Shown: positions 18,724 to 29,463 of the stretch, piece by piece
Layout of the letters: each line of letters begins with the position of its first letter
Position numbering within the stretch: position 1 is the stretch's first letter
DNA from: a virus
Lineage: Duplodnaviria > Heunggongvirae > Uroviricota > Caudoviricetes
Strand: one strand, 5' to 3'
DNA: 64,000 nucleotides
Virus record (IMG/VR): IMGVR_UViG_3300021430_000416
Coordinates: 18,435 to 82,434 of that record
Notes under the pieces: generated by a model
Database searches by the model: none
Seen by the model: only the letters and a program-made list of their open reading frames with translations
What the model was told of the DNA's origin: nothing
Position numbers and translations under genes: made by a program

Positions 18724-18952
18724 TATGGGTAACTACACAACAGAAACTAAAGACTACTACGAATGTGAAAGATGTGGTGTAACAACTGCAACCGAAAATA
18801 GGTTATGTCCTTGTAACAGAAGAGTCTGCGATGCGGTAAAAAAGGGGACATTAAGGATAACTAAGACTATAACCCTTGATGGTGAAGGTGGTAATTCGAA
18901 CCAGTTGTTTAATGATGACATCGGTCAAATGATTGCATCAATGAATTTATGA
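18713..18952 (+). CDS. small zinc-ribbon-like protein
   Basis: CERC...CPCNRRVC. Confidence 0.4.
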   Translation: MTTNMGNYTTETKDYYECERCGVTTATENRLCPCNRRVCDAVKKGTLRITKTITLDGEGGNSNQLFNDDIGQMIASMNL

Positions 18953-19007
18953 TTTGTAAATTGTAAATTCATTTGTTTTTCTCAAAAAAAATTCTTATAT
19001 TTTAAAC

Positions 19008-19259
19008 ATGAAACAATTCATTTTTGTTTGTTTGGTATCATTTGTTCTTGTATCGTGCAGTAATAACACACGTTACGATGAAATCAAACTTAAATACGTG
19101 ATTGACTCTGTGGAGTATCACCCCATAGGTCATGACAATACGTTACAAACCTCACCTTATTGGAAACTCCACATTAATGATGGAAAAAATAAAATAGTGT
19201 CACGACAACCTTATGAAAAGGGTGACAGTATTGAAGTTATTGTAAGAAAGATTAAATAA
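19008..19259 (+). CDS. small lipoprotein
   Basis: Signal peptide ending LVSCSNN (lipobox). Confidence 0.5.
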   Translation: MKQFIFVCLVSFVLVSCSNNTRYDEIKLKYVIDSVEYHPIGHDNTLQTSPYWKLHINDGKNKIVSRQPYEKGDSIEVIVRKIK

Positions 19260-19265
19260 TAAATT

Positions 19266-20132
19266 ATGGTTATAAATACTTTTTCACCTGAATGGAAATT
19301 ATGGATTTGGTCTAACATCACCAACGGATATGATAGGGAATCCATCTTTAATGTACTATTAAATTATGGTTTTGATTACCAATTAATCAAACGAGAATTG
19401 GAAATTGAACCAACAAACACATTAATTTGGCAAAGACAATACACTCAAGAAACTTTGAATCAACAGTACGAAGTTGAGTTGCATCCACTAAACAAATCGG
19501 TGTGTGATAACCCAAGGTCATATAGAATTGAAAGTAACTTCGTTGAGATATACCATTTCCCTGAAATGTTAACTCTACAGGAGTGTGATGATTTGATTGA
19601 GATTACCGATAAGAAGTTAGGTAAGAAACAAAAAGATGCACAAACACCTTTAATCCATAAATTAGATAAAAAAAGTGAACTTTATAAAACTATCGACCAA
19701 AGATTATGTCAAAATGTTGGTATGTCTGAGGGACTTGGTGAAGATATTTACATTCAAAAATTCACACCTGAGTTTGAATATAACGACAAATACGATTTCA
19801 CTTTACCAAATGCGGTTGATGAAATGTTCACGAAGCACGGTCACAGAGCGTGGAGTGTTCAAATCACTTTGAATAACATTACCGAAGGTGGTCATTTAAA
19901 TTTCCCATCAATTGACCGTAGTGTCAAACCGGTTAAAGGTGATGGTGTAATTTGGAAAAACATATACAACGATTACAGTCCAAATCCTTACACAAAACAC
20001 ACATACAATAAAACAGTTGAAGGTGATAAATATGTTTTATTCAAATACTTTAGACAAAGTATCGACATGACAAATTCGGTTGTTAAAGAAGGAACACAAG
20101 AAATCGAAATTGAATTAAATGAAGTTAAGTAG
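19266..20132 (+). CDS. 2OG-Fe(II) oxygenase-like protein (prolyl 4-hydroxylase-like)
   Basis: HGHRAWSVQITLNNITEGGHLNFP...VKPVKGDGVIW...KHTYNKTVEGDKYVLF resembles the P4H jelly-roll pattern, but the HxD motif is atypical. Confidence 0.4.
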   Translation: MVINTFSPEWKLWIWSNITNGYDRESIFNVLLNYGFDYQLIKRELEIEPTNTLIWQRQYTQETLNQQYEVELHPLNKSVCDNPRSYRIESNFVEIYHFPEMLTLQECDDLIEITDKKLGKKQKDAQTPLIHKLDKKSELYKTIDQRLCQNVGMSEGLGEDIYIQKFTPEFEYNDKYDFTLPNAVDEMFTKHGHRAWSVQITLNNITEGGHLNFPSIDRSVKPVKGDGVIWKNIYNDYSPNPYTKHTYNKTVEGDKYVLFKYFRQSIDMTNSVVKEGTQEIEIELNEVK

Positions 20133-20352
20133 TATTCTAATATTAATGTTGGTAATATTGGGTTCATGCCAGCAACCAAATGCAAGATATGTAATTGATG
20201 AGGAGAAACACCAACAAAAAATTATAACACCAAGCAAAACGGAATATGACCTTTATGAATGGGAACATAAAGGTCACACATATATCTTAATTGATAGACC
20301 TAATGGTTCAGGAATTGCACACGCAGGACATTGTAGATGTTACCAACAATAA
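20119..20352 (+). CDS. small lipoprotein
   Basis: Signal peptide ending ILGSCQQ. Confidence 0.45.
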   Translation: MKLSSILILMLVILGSCQQPNARYVIDEEKHQQKIITPSKTEYDLYEWEHKGHTYILIDRPNGSGIAHAGHCRCYQQ

Positions 20353-20426
20353 GTTGACACCTGAACAGGAAGACACCTTATGGTGGGAACATTACCAAAA
20401 AACAATCTATTTGGAGGAAAACGATA

Positions 20427-20927
20427 GTGGCACATTACCAATTTAAAAAGGACATAACGGACGGGGAAAAAGGTGAGAATTTATTAATCGAATACCTAAC
20501 CACGAATTATGGTGCAACTTTTATTGGTAAGTCCGAATCGGAAGAGTTCAAATTTTGGGATTTAAAGTTCAATAAAAATCAAACTGAGGTAACATACGAA
20601 GTGAAAACTGATGTGTATGTTGCTAAAGGTAGAATGTTACCAAACGGTCTTTACGCTAAAGGTTATGATACCGGTAACATATTCATTGAGTTCGAAACCA
20701 GAGGTAAAGATAGTGGAATCGGTGTGACTAAGGCGGATTGGTGGGCTAATATCTTCTATTACTTAGGTGAGATTTGGTTCATTAAAGTTAATGACCTGAA
20801 GAAGTTAATTTCAGAAAATGAATTTGAAATAAAAGCGGATGGTGTTGGGGATGAGGGTAGTAACACAAAGGGTTATGTCATTCCAAGAGAGAAATTTAGG
20901 AAACACTTCATCGTGAAGCGGTTTTAA
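20427..20927 (+). CDS. hypothetical protein
   Basis: 166 aa ORF. Confidence 0.5.
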   Translation: MAHYQFKKDITDGEKGENLLIEYLTTNYGATFIGKSESEEFKFWDLKFNKNQTEVTYEVKTDVYVAKGRMLPNGLYAKGYDTGNIFIEFETRGKDSGIGVTKADWWANIFYYLGEIWFIKVNDLKKLISENEFEIKADGVGDEGSNTKGYVIPREKFRKHFIVKRF

Positions 20928-21246
20928 ATACCAATCTCATTGTGTTAATTGCACCGACACCGATACATAGGTAAACACCCCAAATTGGTAAGTCATGTAA
21001 CTCGTGACACATCCAAAAGACGTTCATTAAAACCCAAGATAATAGTGTAATGTTCGCATCTCTATTATCTTTTTCCATATAGAGTATATAAAGTGTTAAT
21101 AAAATGGTTGGTCCTATCATAAAAGTGGCCAACCATTTTAGTTTTAAACACCAAAATACGTCTTTAAACAACCACGAGGTAAAATGGATTGTTTGAATAT
21201 TAGATAATACCTTCTTGAACAATTTTAGGGGATTCATTTCTATCAA
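20908..21246 (-). CDS. hypothetical membrane protein
   Basis: 112 aa with multiple hydrophobic helices. Confidence 0.45.
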   Translation of the reverse strand: MIEMNPLKLFKKVLSNIQTIHFTSWLFKDVFWCLKLKWLATFMIGPTILLTLYILYMEKDNRDANITLLSWVLMNVFWMCHELHDLPIWGVYLCIGVGAINTMRLVFKTASR

Positions 21247-21595
21247 TCATGACCCACTCGGCTCTGATTAAACCCCAAGGTCTAAAACATTCAACAACCT
21301 GTTCTAATTCAAAACACTTACAACTGTAGATGTCGAATTGTAACATTGGGAATTTTAAGTTATCCCAAATGTGGATTGATGCGTGTGATGTCGCTAATGT
21401 TACTGTTCCGGTTAACCCCTCATTACCGGGGTCTGATACGTAAACACTTGTTGGTCCTGCCACAACCTTCATTCCTACCGTCTCAACCAAGTTTACAAAC
21501 CAATTATTTAAAACTTCAACTTCTTTTGGTGGGTTCTCAACCCAGCATTTCATCAATAAATGTTGATGGAAAGGGACGAATTTTTCTGTATCCAA
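21200..21595 (-). CDS. S-adenosylmethionine decarboxylase-like pyruvoyl proenzyme (SpeH/SpeD family)
   Basis: GLTGTVTLATSHASIHIWDN matches the AdoMetDC self-processing motif (L.ESH.SIHTWPE), where Ser is the cleavage/pyruvoyl site. Confidence 0.55.
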   Translation of the reverse strand: MDTEKFVPFHQHLLMKCWVENPPKEVEVLNNWFVNLVETVGMKVVAGPTSVYVSDPGNEGLTGTVTLATSHASIHIWDNLKFPMLQFDIYSCKCFELEQVVECFRPWGLIRAEWVMIDRNESPKIVQEGII

Positions 21596-21644
21596 TGTTA
21601 TAATAATTTACATAACATATATATCGGAAAAAGATAAAAAAATA

Positions 21645-22046
21645 TCATTTACCTGATATGAAATCAGATAAAATTTTGTTCATTACATTAGCAAATTTCA
21701 TGTTAGGGATTTCCTCAGCGGTTACAAACTTTAGATATTGACCCTCATTAAGTGGAATCTCCTCAATAGGTTTATCAATTATACCGTGGAACATGTATTT
21801 TATATTTTCTGAAACATCACCATCTAAACAGATATACTTTTTCCAAAATCGAAAATCAACTAAGTTAAATTCAATTTCTTCCATTACTTCTCTTTTTAAT
21901 GCAACTACAGGTAATTCACCCTTTTCTACGTGACCACCGATTAAATCCCAATGATTGGGGAAAGGTATTGATGGGTCATTATCTCTTAGGTACACAAGGA
22001 ATTCACCCTTTGGATTTTGAAATATTATTTGAGATATCTTAAACAT
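21645..22046 (-). CDS. Nudix hydrolase
   Basis: GGHVEKGELPVVALKREVMEEIEF is the Nudix box Gx5Ex7REUxEExGU. Confidence 0.8.
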   Translation of the reverse strand: MFKISQIIFQNPKGEFLVYLRDNDPSIPFPNHWDLIGGHVEKGELPVVALKREVMEEIEFNLVDFRFWKKYICLDGDVSENIKYMFHGIIDKPIEEIPLNEGQYLKFVTAEEIPNMKFANVMNKILSDFISGK

Positions 22047-22262
22047 AATTTGGTACTTTAAAAATAAATACTTACATTTGAAACATGAAGAGTATTTTTA
22101 TCATTATAGGATTGATATGTTTAGTGTTTTGTTGGTTATTTTCAACATCATTAACAGTAAACGGAAAACACGACTCAACTGCGTTCAAATTAAAAACATT
22201 TTTTTTCATTTGTGGCGTTGTAATTTCATATTGTATCGGTTACGTAATTTCAAAATAAACAT

Positions 22263-22976
22263 ATGGACACAATAAAAAATCATCCAAATTTCGAAAAAAT
22301 GGTTCGGTCATTTGCATCTAACGATGATTTCCGAATTAGTATAACTCAACCAATTTGTTATGAAAATGGTTGGGTTGCATCAACAAATTCACATAAATTA
22401 ATTTGGTTTCACGACCCTGAGTTTGTGAAGAAAGAAAATATTTTAGACTACAGTAAAGGTGAGGGTGCCAATGCACAAGGTATTCTTGAGAAGTACCAAA
22501 ACATTTACCAAGGTGACCGACAACCAATTGGTAGAATTGATTTGGAAAAGGTTAGAGAAGTGTTTTCAGAAATTCAAAAAGAACCTGAGTACGAGAAAAA
22601 ATATAGAGACTGTGATGAGTGTGAGGGATTCGGTACTGTTGAATGTAACTGTTGTGGTCATGAAACTTCATGTGACGAATGTGACGGTGAAGGTACGGTA
22701 GAATGTGGTCAAGAGGAGACCGGTTATTATAAATTCCCTCAAGGACATTACATTAAAATTGGTGATAATCATTTCTCATTGAATGAATTTAGTGAGGTTC
22801 TTGAATATTTCGATTTGGTTGGTGTAAAAGAACTTGACGTTTATGTCGATAACGATTCCCTTAAATCGTTTTTCGGTGTACCAAATGACACAGTTTACTT
22901 GTTATTTATGGGTTGTATAGTTAACAACCAAGATGACGTTGAAAAATTTTATAACATCCCTTATTTATTATCATGA
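22263..22976 (+). CDS. hypothetical protein with a DnaJ-type CxxCxGxG zinc-finger repeat
   Basis: CDECEGFGTVECNCCGHETSCDECDGEGTVEC. Confidence 0.5.
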   Translation: MDTIKNHPNFEKMVRSFASNDDFRISITQPICYENGWVASTNSHKLIWFHDPEFVKKENILDYSKGEGANAQGILEKYQNIYQGDRQPIGRIDLEKVREVFSEIQKEPEYEKKYRDCDECEGFGTVECNCCGHETSCDECDGEGTVECGQEETGYYKFPQGHYIKIGDNHFSLNEFSEVLEYFDLVGVKELDVYVDNDSLKSFFGVPNDTVYLLFMGCIVNNQDDVEKFYNIPYLLS

Positions 22977-23383
22977 GAAACACAATTAACGTATTTTTAG
23001 AGGAAGCTCCGTTGTGGCAAGTTTTTGTTGCATTGTTCTTAATCATGACGGTAATCACATTCCCACTCTTTTTTATGTTTACGGAACTAACAGAGTCGGA
23101 GTTTAATTTGGGATTACAAGTTAAATTATCGGTGTCTATAGGTGTACTATTTGGTGCAATCGGAACATCATTAACATACCTAAGTAGGAAAAGTGGTCAG
23201 TTTTGGGATTTCGCTGAAAGGTTAGAATGTAAGGTTGAAGATGCCGATTGTAAGGAGTCTTTGGATTTACTTTATAACACAGACTTCCAAGTGTTAAAAA
23301 ACATGTCATTCGGACACCCACACTACGAAGAGTTAAGAAAAATACACACCATAATCAAGACCAAGTACAAGTATGTCAAATGA
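22973..23383 (+). CDS. hypothetical membrane protein
   Basis: 136 aa with TM helices. Confidence 0.45.
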   Translation: MRNTINVFLEEAPLWQVFVALFLIMTVITFPLFFMFTELTESEFNLGLQVKLSVSIGVLFGAIGTSLTYLSRKSGQFWDFAERLECKVEDADCKESLDLLYNTDFQVLKNMSFGHPHYEELRKIHTIIKTKYKYVK

Positions 23384-23610
23384 GCAACGAGGAAATTCAC
23401 GAGTACTATGGATGGTTAGCTCACAGGTTAGGTTTTTTCGAGGAATGGAGAGAATCGGTGGGTGAAAAAATAAAAACCCTACAAGTCATTGGACACCAAA
23501 TCTCAAATTATCGTGCAGATTATGCGAGACAGGTGTTTGATGAAATTTTAGTTGTTAAACAAGAAAATGGTGAAATATCCGATTTTAATTTAATCGGAAT
23601 AGTAGAATAA
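23380..23610 (+). CDS. hypothetical protein
   Basis: 76 aa ORF. Confidence 0.4.
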   Translation: MSNEEIHEYYGWLAHRLGFFEEWRESVGEKIKTLQVIGHQISNYRADYARQVFDEILVVKQENGEISDFNLIGIVE

Positions 23611-23614
23611 TATA

Positions 23615-23803
23615 ATGCAAACAATATTTTTAATAATTTGTGTCTTTTTAATACCATATTTGGTTGGTAAAACTTTTAGTTATGTCTTCAAACTTGAAGG
23701 GTATAACGATTACCCTAATTCTTGGTACTTAGGTCTAATTGGTATCGCATTAATGGGGATACTTTATCTAATTGGCACGTTGTTTTTCATTTTCCTTTTA
23801 TAG
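23615..23803 (+). CDS. small membrane protein
   Basis: 62 aa, two TM helices. Confidence 0.4.
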   Translation: MQTIFLIICVFLIPYLVGKTFSYVFKLEGYNDYPNSWYLGLIGIALMGILYLIGTLFFIFLL

Positions 23804-24278
23804 TATGAATTTTAAAGAAAAACTAAAAGTAACAACAGATAAGGTATATATCTCCTCACAGTATAAAAAACACAATGATAACTATTATTGTAACAAATGG
23901 TGGTGTTACAAGGGTAAACTTATTACGGTTGCGTTATCAGATTTAAAACCAAACGTTAAAGATGTACCATTTAAACCACACCACCGAGTTATCGAATATG
24001 AGATACTTGAAAAGGGATTCAATTACAATATGGGATATATCACAGTTAATGGTGATAACCGTATAATAGATGGTCACCACAGATATTTCATACTAAAGAA
24101 ACACTTTGATGATACCACACACATTACCGTGCTGAAATTATCGGAGATTAAAAGTATTTTCCCGAGGTTTATTATTAAAATGTCCGTAATTTATCTTTTT
24201 GTTAAAATCTATTCTCTTCTAACAGGTAAGAAAAAAACTGTTAGAGAAATAGAATTGGATATTCCAGAAAATTTATAG
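23772..24278 (+). CDS. ParB-like nuclease domain protein
   Basis: VNGDNRIIDGHHRYFIL is the DGHHR ParB N-terminal domain motif. Confidence 0.5.
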   Translation: MARCFSFSFYSMNFKEKLKVTTDKVYISSQYKKHNDNYYCNKWWCYKGKLITVALSDLKPNVKDVPFKPHHRVIEYEILEKGFNYNMGYITVNGDNRIIDGHHRYFILKKHFDDTTHITVLKLSEIKSIFPRFIIKMSVIYLFVKIYSLLTGKKKTVREIELDIPENL

Positions 24279-24346
24279 GTTGTTGAAAATATTTTTTTGG
24301 ATTTTAAAAAAATATTTTGTATTATTGAATAACGAAATTAATCGTT

Positions 24347-24673
24347 ATGCCAAATACACAAAAATTCGATACCAACATCGATGTAACAGAACATTTTTCC
24401 TCACATTATAAATGGGGTTTAGTCTCATTAGGATTCTGTGATAGAATCATGATGGTTATGGTTCTTCCCGGTTGTACAAAAACGGAATACAAAGGTATTG
24501 AAGATTATCTGTTGGTAAACTACTTCTTTAAAGATGGTCACAATAGTGTTTACTGTAGATTTAAATCGAGAGACGGGAATTACATTACACCTGAAGAGTT
24601 CGACAAAGAGAACTACGGCATCAGAGAAGAAATGACAAAAAGATTAATCGGTAAAAACAAATTATATGTCTAG
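24347..24673 (+). CDS. hypothetical protein
   Basis: 108 aa ORF. Confidence 0.45.
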   Translation: MPNTQKFDTNIDVTEHFSSHYKWGLVSLGFCDRIMMVMVLPGCTKTEYKGIEDYLLVNYFFKDGHNSVYCRFKSRDGNYITPEEFDKENYGIREEMTKRLIGKNKLYV

Positions 24674-25568
24674 AATTGATGATTTAAAAAGACAGAACCC
24701 ACAACTCAATGTTAATCTAATTGATTTGATTGCGGAAGCCGACCCTAGTGGGACTTACAAGTACTTGGGTTTTCTAATTAAGATGTTGAAAGAAAATTCT
24801 TCTAACAACAACATGAATATTCTTCGTCATCTTTTTGGTGAAGAAAACATATTGGCACTTAGTAAGTTTGAAGAACATTCAATCGCAAACCGAATTAAAG
24901 TTAAAGATATTGGTTTATACAACTCATTTAAACAAATTAAAGATGAGGTTGCTGAAGCTGATGAAATTGTCAGGACAAAAGAAATGGAAAAACAAGCCAA
25001 AGTTATCTATAAAGATGATGAATGGTTGGTTCTTATTCCTCTTTCATATGAGGCATCTCATCTGTATGGTAGAAACACAAAATGGTGTACAACCCAAGAA
25101 AAATATTGGACACAATATAAATCTGAATATAAATTAATATACATCATCAACAAAAAAAATGATAATGTGAAATATGCAATTTCAAGCAAAACATCACACG
25201 ATTTAGTTCAGGGATGGAGACCAGACGATTCTGAAATAAATCCTTTTATGATACCAATACCATCACAAATTTTAAGTGTTGTTATAATGGAGATTAGGGA
25301 TAAAGAATCCATTGATGAAATGGATGAGTACATAAAAATTAATGGTAGGTCCACACAACTTTATCAAAGTGAATTATCGGATTTAAGAACCTATCAAACA
25401 CCTCCTTATTTTAGTGGGTCAACTTATCATAATGATTTAGTTGAATACGCTTTTGATGCGGATAGTTTTATGGGTGACTTTATTCAAAATAGAGAAATGG
25501 ATATCAGTGATATTCTTGACACCAATAGGATAGCTCAAATCATCAATAAACTTAAAATAAGGCAATAA
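24666..25568 (+). CDS. hypothetical protein
   Basis: 300 aa ORF. Confidence 0.5.
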   Translation: MSRIDDLKRQNPQLNVNLIDLIAEADPSGTYKYLGFLIKMLKENSSNNNMNILRHLFGEENILALSKFEEHSIANRIKVKDIGLYNSFKQIKDEVAEADEIVRTKEMEKQAKVIYKDDEWLVLIPLSYEASHLYGRNTKWCTTQEKYWTQYKSEYKLIYIINKKNDNVKYAISSKTSHDLVQGWRPDDSEINPFMIPIPSQILSVVIMEIRDKESIDEMDEYIKINGRSTQLYQSELSDLRTYQTPPYFSGSTYHNDLVEYAFDADSFMGDFIQNREMDISDILDTNRIAQIINKLKIRQ

Positions 25569-25741
25569 TAAATGAAAACGAAATTACTCATAGTTAGTTT
25601 ATCACTATGTTTTTTCATGGTGGGTTTTCTAACATCAAGGTCAATTTACGGCAATACCGAAATACCATACTTTAAACTTTTATTGTATATAATGTTCGGT
25701 TTCTATTTTTTATACCAATACAGAACTGAAATTAAAAAACC

Positions 25742-26317
25742 ATGAAATATAAATTAAACTGTTATGGATGGGAAGGTGAGTTTCTCGCCAAGACTTTAAC
25801 AAACGAACAAGTTGAAAAAGTAAAACAATTTAAAGAAGAAAGAGGGGTTGATGAACTTTGGGAAATACGTTTCGACTTAGAAGAACTTGGTATCGACATT
25901 TGGAATGGGGATTTATTTCATATATCCAAACCTTTGGACAACGGTACTTTAATATTTGAAGTGGAGGATGAAAACGGTGAAATTGTTTTGAAGTTTGGGT
26001 ACGAAGATATCACTGACATTCATGACATGATTGAAGACTTCGATGAATATGTGTCACATGAAGCATATCCTGAAGAAAATAAAAACGTCTACATCAGTAT
26101 AGACGAATCTAAAGGTGGTTTGTTTTATTGTGAATTTGAATCTGACGAACCCCCAAAACCAATGGACTTTGCATGTGCACCGGGTTCGGTTGACACTCCT
26201 GATGGTGAGTGGGACATTATTGATTCGATTTATTTCAGAGGTCAAAAATTAGAAGTCACTGACTATCTTGACAATCGAGGAAAATCTTCGAGTGTGGAGA
26301 TTTATGAGGTGGAATAA
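25742..26317 (+). CDS. hypothetical acidic protein
   Basis: 191 aa ORF. Confidence 0.5.
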   Translation: MKYKLNCYGWEGEFLAKTLTNEQVEKVKQFKEERGVDELWEIRFDLEELGIDIWNGDLFHISKPLDNGTLIFEVEDENGEIVLKFGYEDITDIHDMIEDFDEYVSHEAYPEENKNVYISIDESKGGLFYCEFESDEPPKPMDFACAPGSVDTPDGEWDIIDSIYFRGQKLEVTDYLDNRGKSSSVEIYEVE

Positions 26318-26480
26318 TAATTTGTTTTTTTCTATATTTGATTATTATGGAAGAAGATTCACAAGGAAAAACACCGGAACAAATTAAGTTCAATGAAAAG
26401 GTTGCATTTTGGTCATTAATAGCTATCTTTTTAATTTATGTGGTTTACACAATTATTAACCTATTTTCAAATTTAAAAGT

Positions 26481-26717
26481 GTGAGTTTAATTCAAACAGT
26501 AAAAGAAGCATCAAGTAAAACATTTTACGAGATGGAAAAGTATAGTCAATTGGTTATTGACTTGATTGAAGAAATCGAAGACACCGATTTAGATAATGCA
26601 GAAAACAGAGGTGCATTAGTTTATGAAATCGAGAATGTGTTGGAGATTATTGACCCTAAAAGAATTGATGACATTAAAGTATTGTCCGATTTAAAATTGG
26701 CATTAAGGAGAAACTAA
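26481..26717 (+). CDS. hypothetical protein
   Basis: 78 aa ORF. Confidence 0.4.
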   Translation: MSLIQTVKEASSKTFYEMEKYSQLVIDLIEEIEDTDLDNAENRGALVYEIENVLEIIDPKRIDDIKVLSDLKLALRRN

Positions 26718-27121
26718 TGAAAAAGGTTATTAACTTTTTATTGAATCTGCAGTTCATATTCAGACCAAGTTATTGGGTGATGAACTATAGATACTCGAAA
26801 GAATGGGACGAACTTCTTAATCTTCTAATGGAGAAAGAGAAACCTGTTTTCGAAAGAATAAACGGTTTGGATGGTAAGATATATAACGTATCTTTTCTTG
26901 ACATCATGGTATGGGTAGGTAATTACCCATACGCATATGCAACACCGTCACCAACCGACACAAAGTATAGAGGGGAAAAAAGATTCAGACCATCAAGGTT
27001 AACAATTCTAAAGTTTCATAATTTTATTGAACCATTGAAAAGAGAATTGGAATATGAACATTCTCCCGATAAAGAATTTGTGAAGTTATTTGAGGATTAT
27101 AGTAAGAGACAAAGTAACTAA
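26717..27121 (+). CDS. hypothetical protein
   Basis: 134 aa ORF. Confidence 0.45.
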   Translation: MKKVINFLLNLQFIFRPSYWVMNYRYSKEWDELLNLLMEKEKPVFERINGLDGKIYNVSFLDIMVWVGNYPYAYATPSPTDTKYRGEKRFRPSRLTILKFHNFIEPLKRELEYEHSPDKEFVKLFEDYSKRQSN

Positions 27122-27180
27122 AAACTCGAATAGGAATATTTTTCAGAAATTTTGGATATCCCAAAAATACCCTTATATTT

Positions 27181-27765
27181 GTGTCAGAAAGGAGAAATAT
27201 TATGAACAAATCACAATGGTGTATAAATCAACACCACAACACAAATCATTACTACGACACGTACCTTCCGTATGAATTTCATTTACGAATGGTTCACCAA
27301 GTGGCGATGGATTTCAAACATCTTTTAGATGACACAAAAGACTACTTTACCGGTGAACGATACCGAGGACCCAATCAAGACCAAGTTACACTACAAGATG
27401 CTTGTTTAAATGCAACATGGGGTCACGACCTTATTGAAGATTGTCGTGTTTCATACAATGATGTTAAGAGTCATTTAGGTCAAGAAGCTGCCGATATTAT
27501 CTATGCAGTTACCAATGAGAAAGGTAAAACAAGGTCTGAACGTGCTAATGACAAATACTATGAGGGAATTAGAAATACTCCCGGTGCTGTATTTGTTAAG
27601 TTATGTGACCGAATTGCCAACGTACAATATTCAAAGATGACCAAGAGTCGTATGTTTGAAATGTACAAAAAAGAAAACGAACATTTTATCAAATCTTTGG
27701 GTGGACATCCACAACACGAACTCCATTCAATGTTTGATTACCTTATCAACCTCTTCAACGATTAA
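27181..27765 (+). CDS. HD-domain phosphohydrolase
   Basis: H..H...WGHDLIED and VKLCDRIANV are the HD and downstream D motifs. Confidence 0.65.
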   Translation: MSERRNIMNKSQWCINQHHNTNHYYDTYLPYEFHLRMVHQVAMDFKHLLDDTKDYFTGERYRGPNQDQVTLQDACLNATWGHDLIEDCRVSYNDVKSHLGQEAADIIYAVTNEKGKTRSERANDKYYEGIRNTPGAVFVKLCDRIANVQYSKMTKSRMFEMYKKENEHFIKSLGGHPQHELHSMFDYLINLFND

Positions 27766-27767
27766 TC

Positions 27768-28010
27768 ATGTCAGAATTAAAAGAAGAACACATGGTTTAC
27801 ATGTCGGATGACATGTACCTACCAATCCACTATAAAGGAATGAAAGTTGAACAACCTTTCTATTCGGGTGACGGTAATCATTCCGTTGCCGAACTTGAGA
27901 AGATTTGTCGACAGTTCCAAGAGTATACCCACCAACAACAAGTTATAAAACAAAATTGCATGAAGCATATTGTTGAATTGAAATTTGGTGTTGAATTTCC
28001 AAACGAATAA
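27768..28010 (+). CDS. hypothetical protein
   Basis: 80 aa ORF. Confidence 0.4.
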   Translation: MSELKEEHMVYMSDDMYLPIHYKGMKVEQPFYSGDGNHSVAELEKICRQFQEYTHQQQVIKQNCMKHIVELKFGVEFPNE

Positions 28011-28022
28011 ATTTTTAAAAAT

Positions 28023-28370
28023 ATGATGAGAGGAATATTTGGTTTCCAAATTTTAGTTGTTGTCTTGATTATTGTGGGAATTTTCTTTTCGGTATCAAGA
28101 TACAACAACAAACAAACTATAAAAACTAAAGTCACAGACAAAGAAAGAATCACTCAGGGTGGTGGGGACGGTCGAGTGGAATCATATTACTTGATATTCA
28201 CCGAAGCCGGCACATTTAAACTTGAGGATGATTTAATCTATGGTAATTTTAACTCTAGTGATTGGTATGGTAGAATCAAAAGAGATTCAACATACACATT
28301 TGATGTGATTGGTTATCGCATCGGGTACATGAGTGAGTATCCAAACATTGTGAATTTTAAGGAGAATTAA
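28023..28370 (+). CDS. hypothetical membrane protein
   Basis: 115 aa with an N-terminal TM helix. Confidence 0.45.
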   Translation: MMRGIFGFQILVVVLIIVGIFFSVSRYNNKQTIKTKVTDKERITQGGGDGRVESYYLIFTEAGTFKLEDDLIYGNFNSSDWYGRIKRDSTYTFDVIGYRIGYMSEYPNIVNFKEN

Positions 28371-28371
28371 T

Positions 28372-28590
28372 ATGGATATTGAAGTAACTAAAGATTGTCT
28401 ATGTGAACACTATGTTCACGAAATAATGAACTACCCAAGACCCGGGTTAGTTGAGAAGAAATTCACAGTTGGTGAAAAATTTGAAGATGTAAAAGAGTGG
28501 AGTAACTTTTATGGTTCATACTACCGAGTTAAGGTAGGTGATAAATACCATGACATTTCTACATTGAATGCAAAAATTATTAAACGATAA
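28372..28590 (+). CDS. hypothetical protein
   Basis: 72 aa ORF. Confidence 0.4.
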   Translation: MDIEVTKDCLCEHYVHEIMNYPRPGLVEKKFTVGEKFEDVKEWSNFYGSYYRVKVGDKYHDISTLNAKIIKR

Positions 28591-29006
28591 TGAAAACAAG
28601 AATAGAGGAACATTTTGATGTTAGTTCCATAATTGGAATTGAGATTACCGATAAGAGAGAAACAAGTTATCGTTGGTTACCAAAGAAACAAAAAACATTC
28701 TTCTTTGGAATGTGGAAAAGGGATGCGTGGCATTCTGAGGGTTTTTATGACTACGGTTCTTACTATGAAGGTTACATGGGTGATAGTTGGGATGCAACCC
28801 CATACACTAAAGAAGACCTCATAATGAATGGATACATTGTTGATGAAAACAACGTGGTATGGAGAAAACCATACGCAACGGTTTACCTTAGAAATAAGTA
28901 TGAAGTTACAACATACTTCAACACATTCGAAGATGGTATTGAGTGGTGTGAAAATCTGAAATTAAAGAGTGGTAAAAAATTTGAAATCGTGAGACATGAG
29001 AAATAG
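28590..29006 (+). CDS. hypothetical protein
   Basis: 138 aa ORF. Confidence 0.45.
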   Translation: MKTRIEEHFDVSSIIGIEITDKRETSYRWLPKKQKTFFFGMWKRDAWHSEGFYDYGSYYEGYMGDSWDATPYTKEDLIMNGYIVDENNVVWRKPYATVYLRNKYEVTTYFNTFEDGIEWCENLKLKSGKKFEIVRHEK

Positions 29007-29463
29007 TATTGACAAACAAGAAATGGCAGATATGATGAACAGTATTGTTCATTATGAGGGTATACCAAATTACTTTTCACAAATGGGTATGGGTGAAACT
29101 GTTGAAGGATTAGAGATTTATTGGAATACCAAAATTGTAAAAAGGGATAAATCAACTTGGATGACCCAATCCGAATACGAACAATGGAAAGATATTAATC
29201 TACATTTAGTTTCACAAACATGGGGTAACACTTCATGTGGTTGGGAAGGTATTGGTGGTTCGGCGATGAGTAGTGACTACACACTTATACTTGAGAACAA
29301 ATGGTACAACTTAGTATTCATTTACTACCGTGGTAAACTTGCATACATCTGTGAGAACGATGAGAAATACCAATCAATAAAACAAAAGAACTATCTAGGT
29401 TTACCGGGTTATAATAGTTGTTTAGATAAATTAACAGTCATCTATAGAAACAAGATACGATAA
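28996..29463 (+). CDS. hypothetical protein
   Basis: 155 aa ORF. Confidence 0.45.
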   Translation: MRNSIDKQEMADMMNSIVHYEGIPNYFSQMGMGETVEGLEIYWNTKIVKRDKSTWMTQSEYEQWKDINLHLVSQTWGNTSCGWEGIGGSAMSSDYTLILENKWYNLVFIYYRGKLAYICENDEKYQSIKQKNYLGLPGYNSCLDKLTVIYRNKIR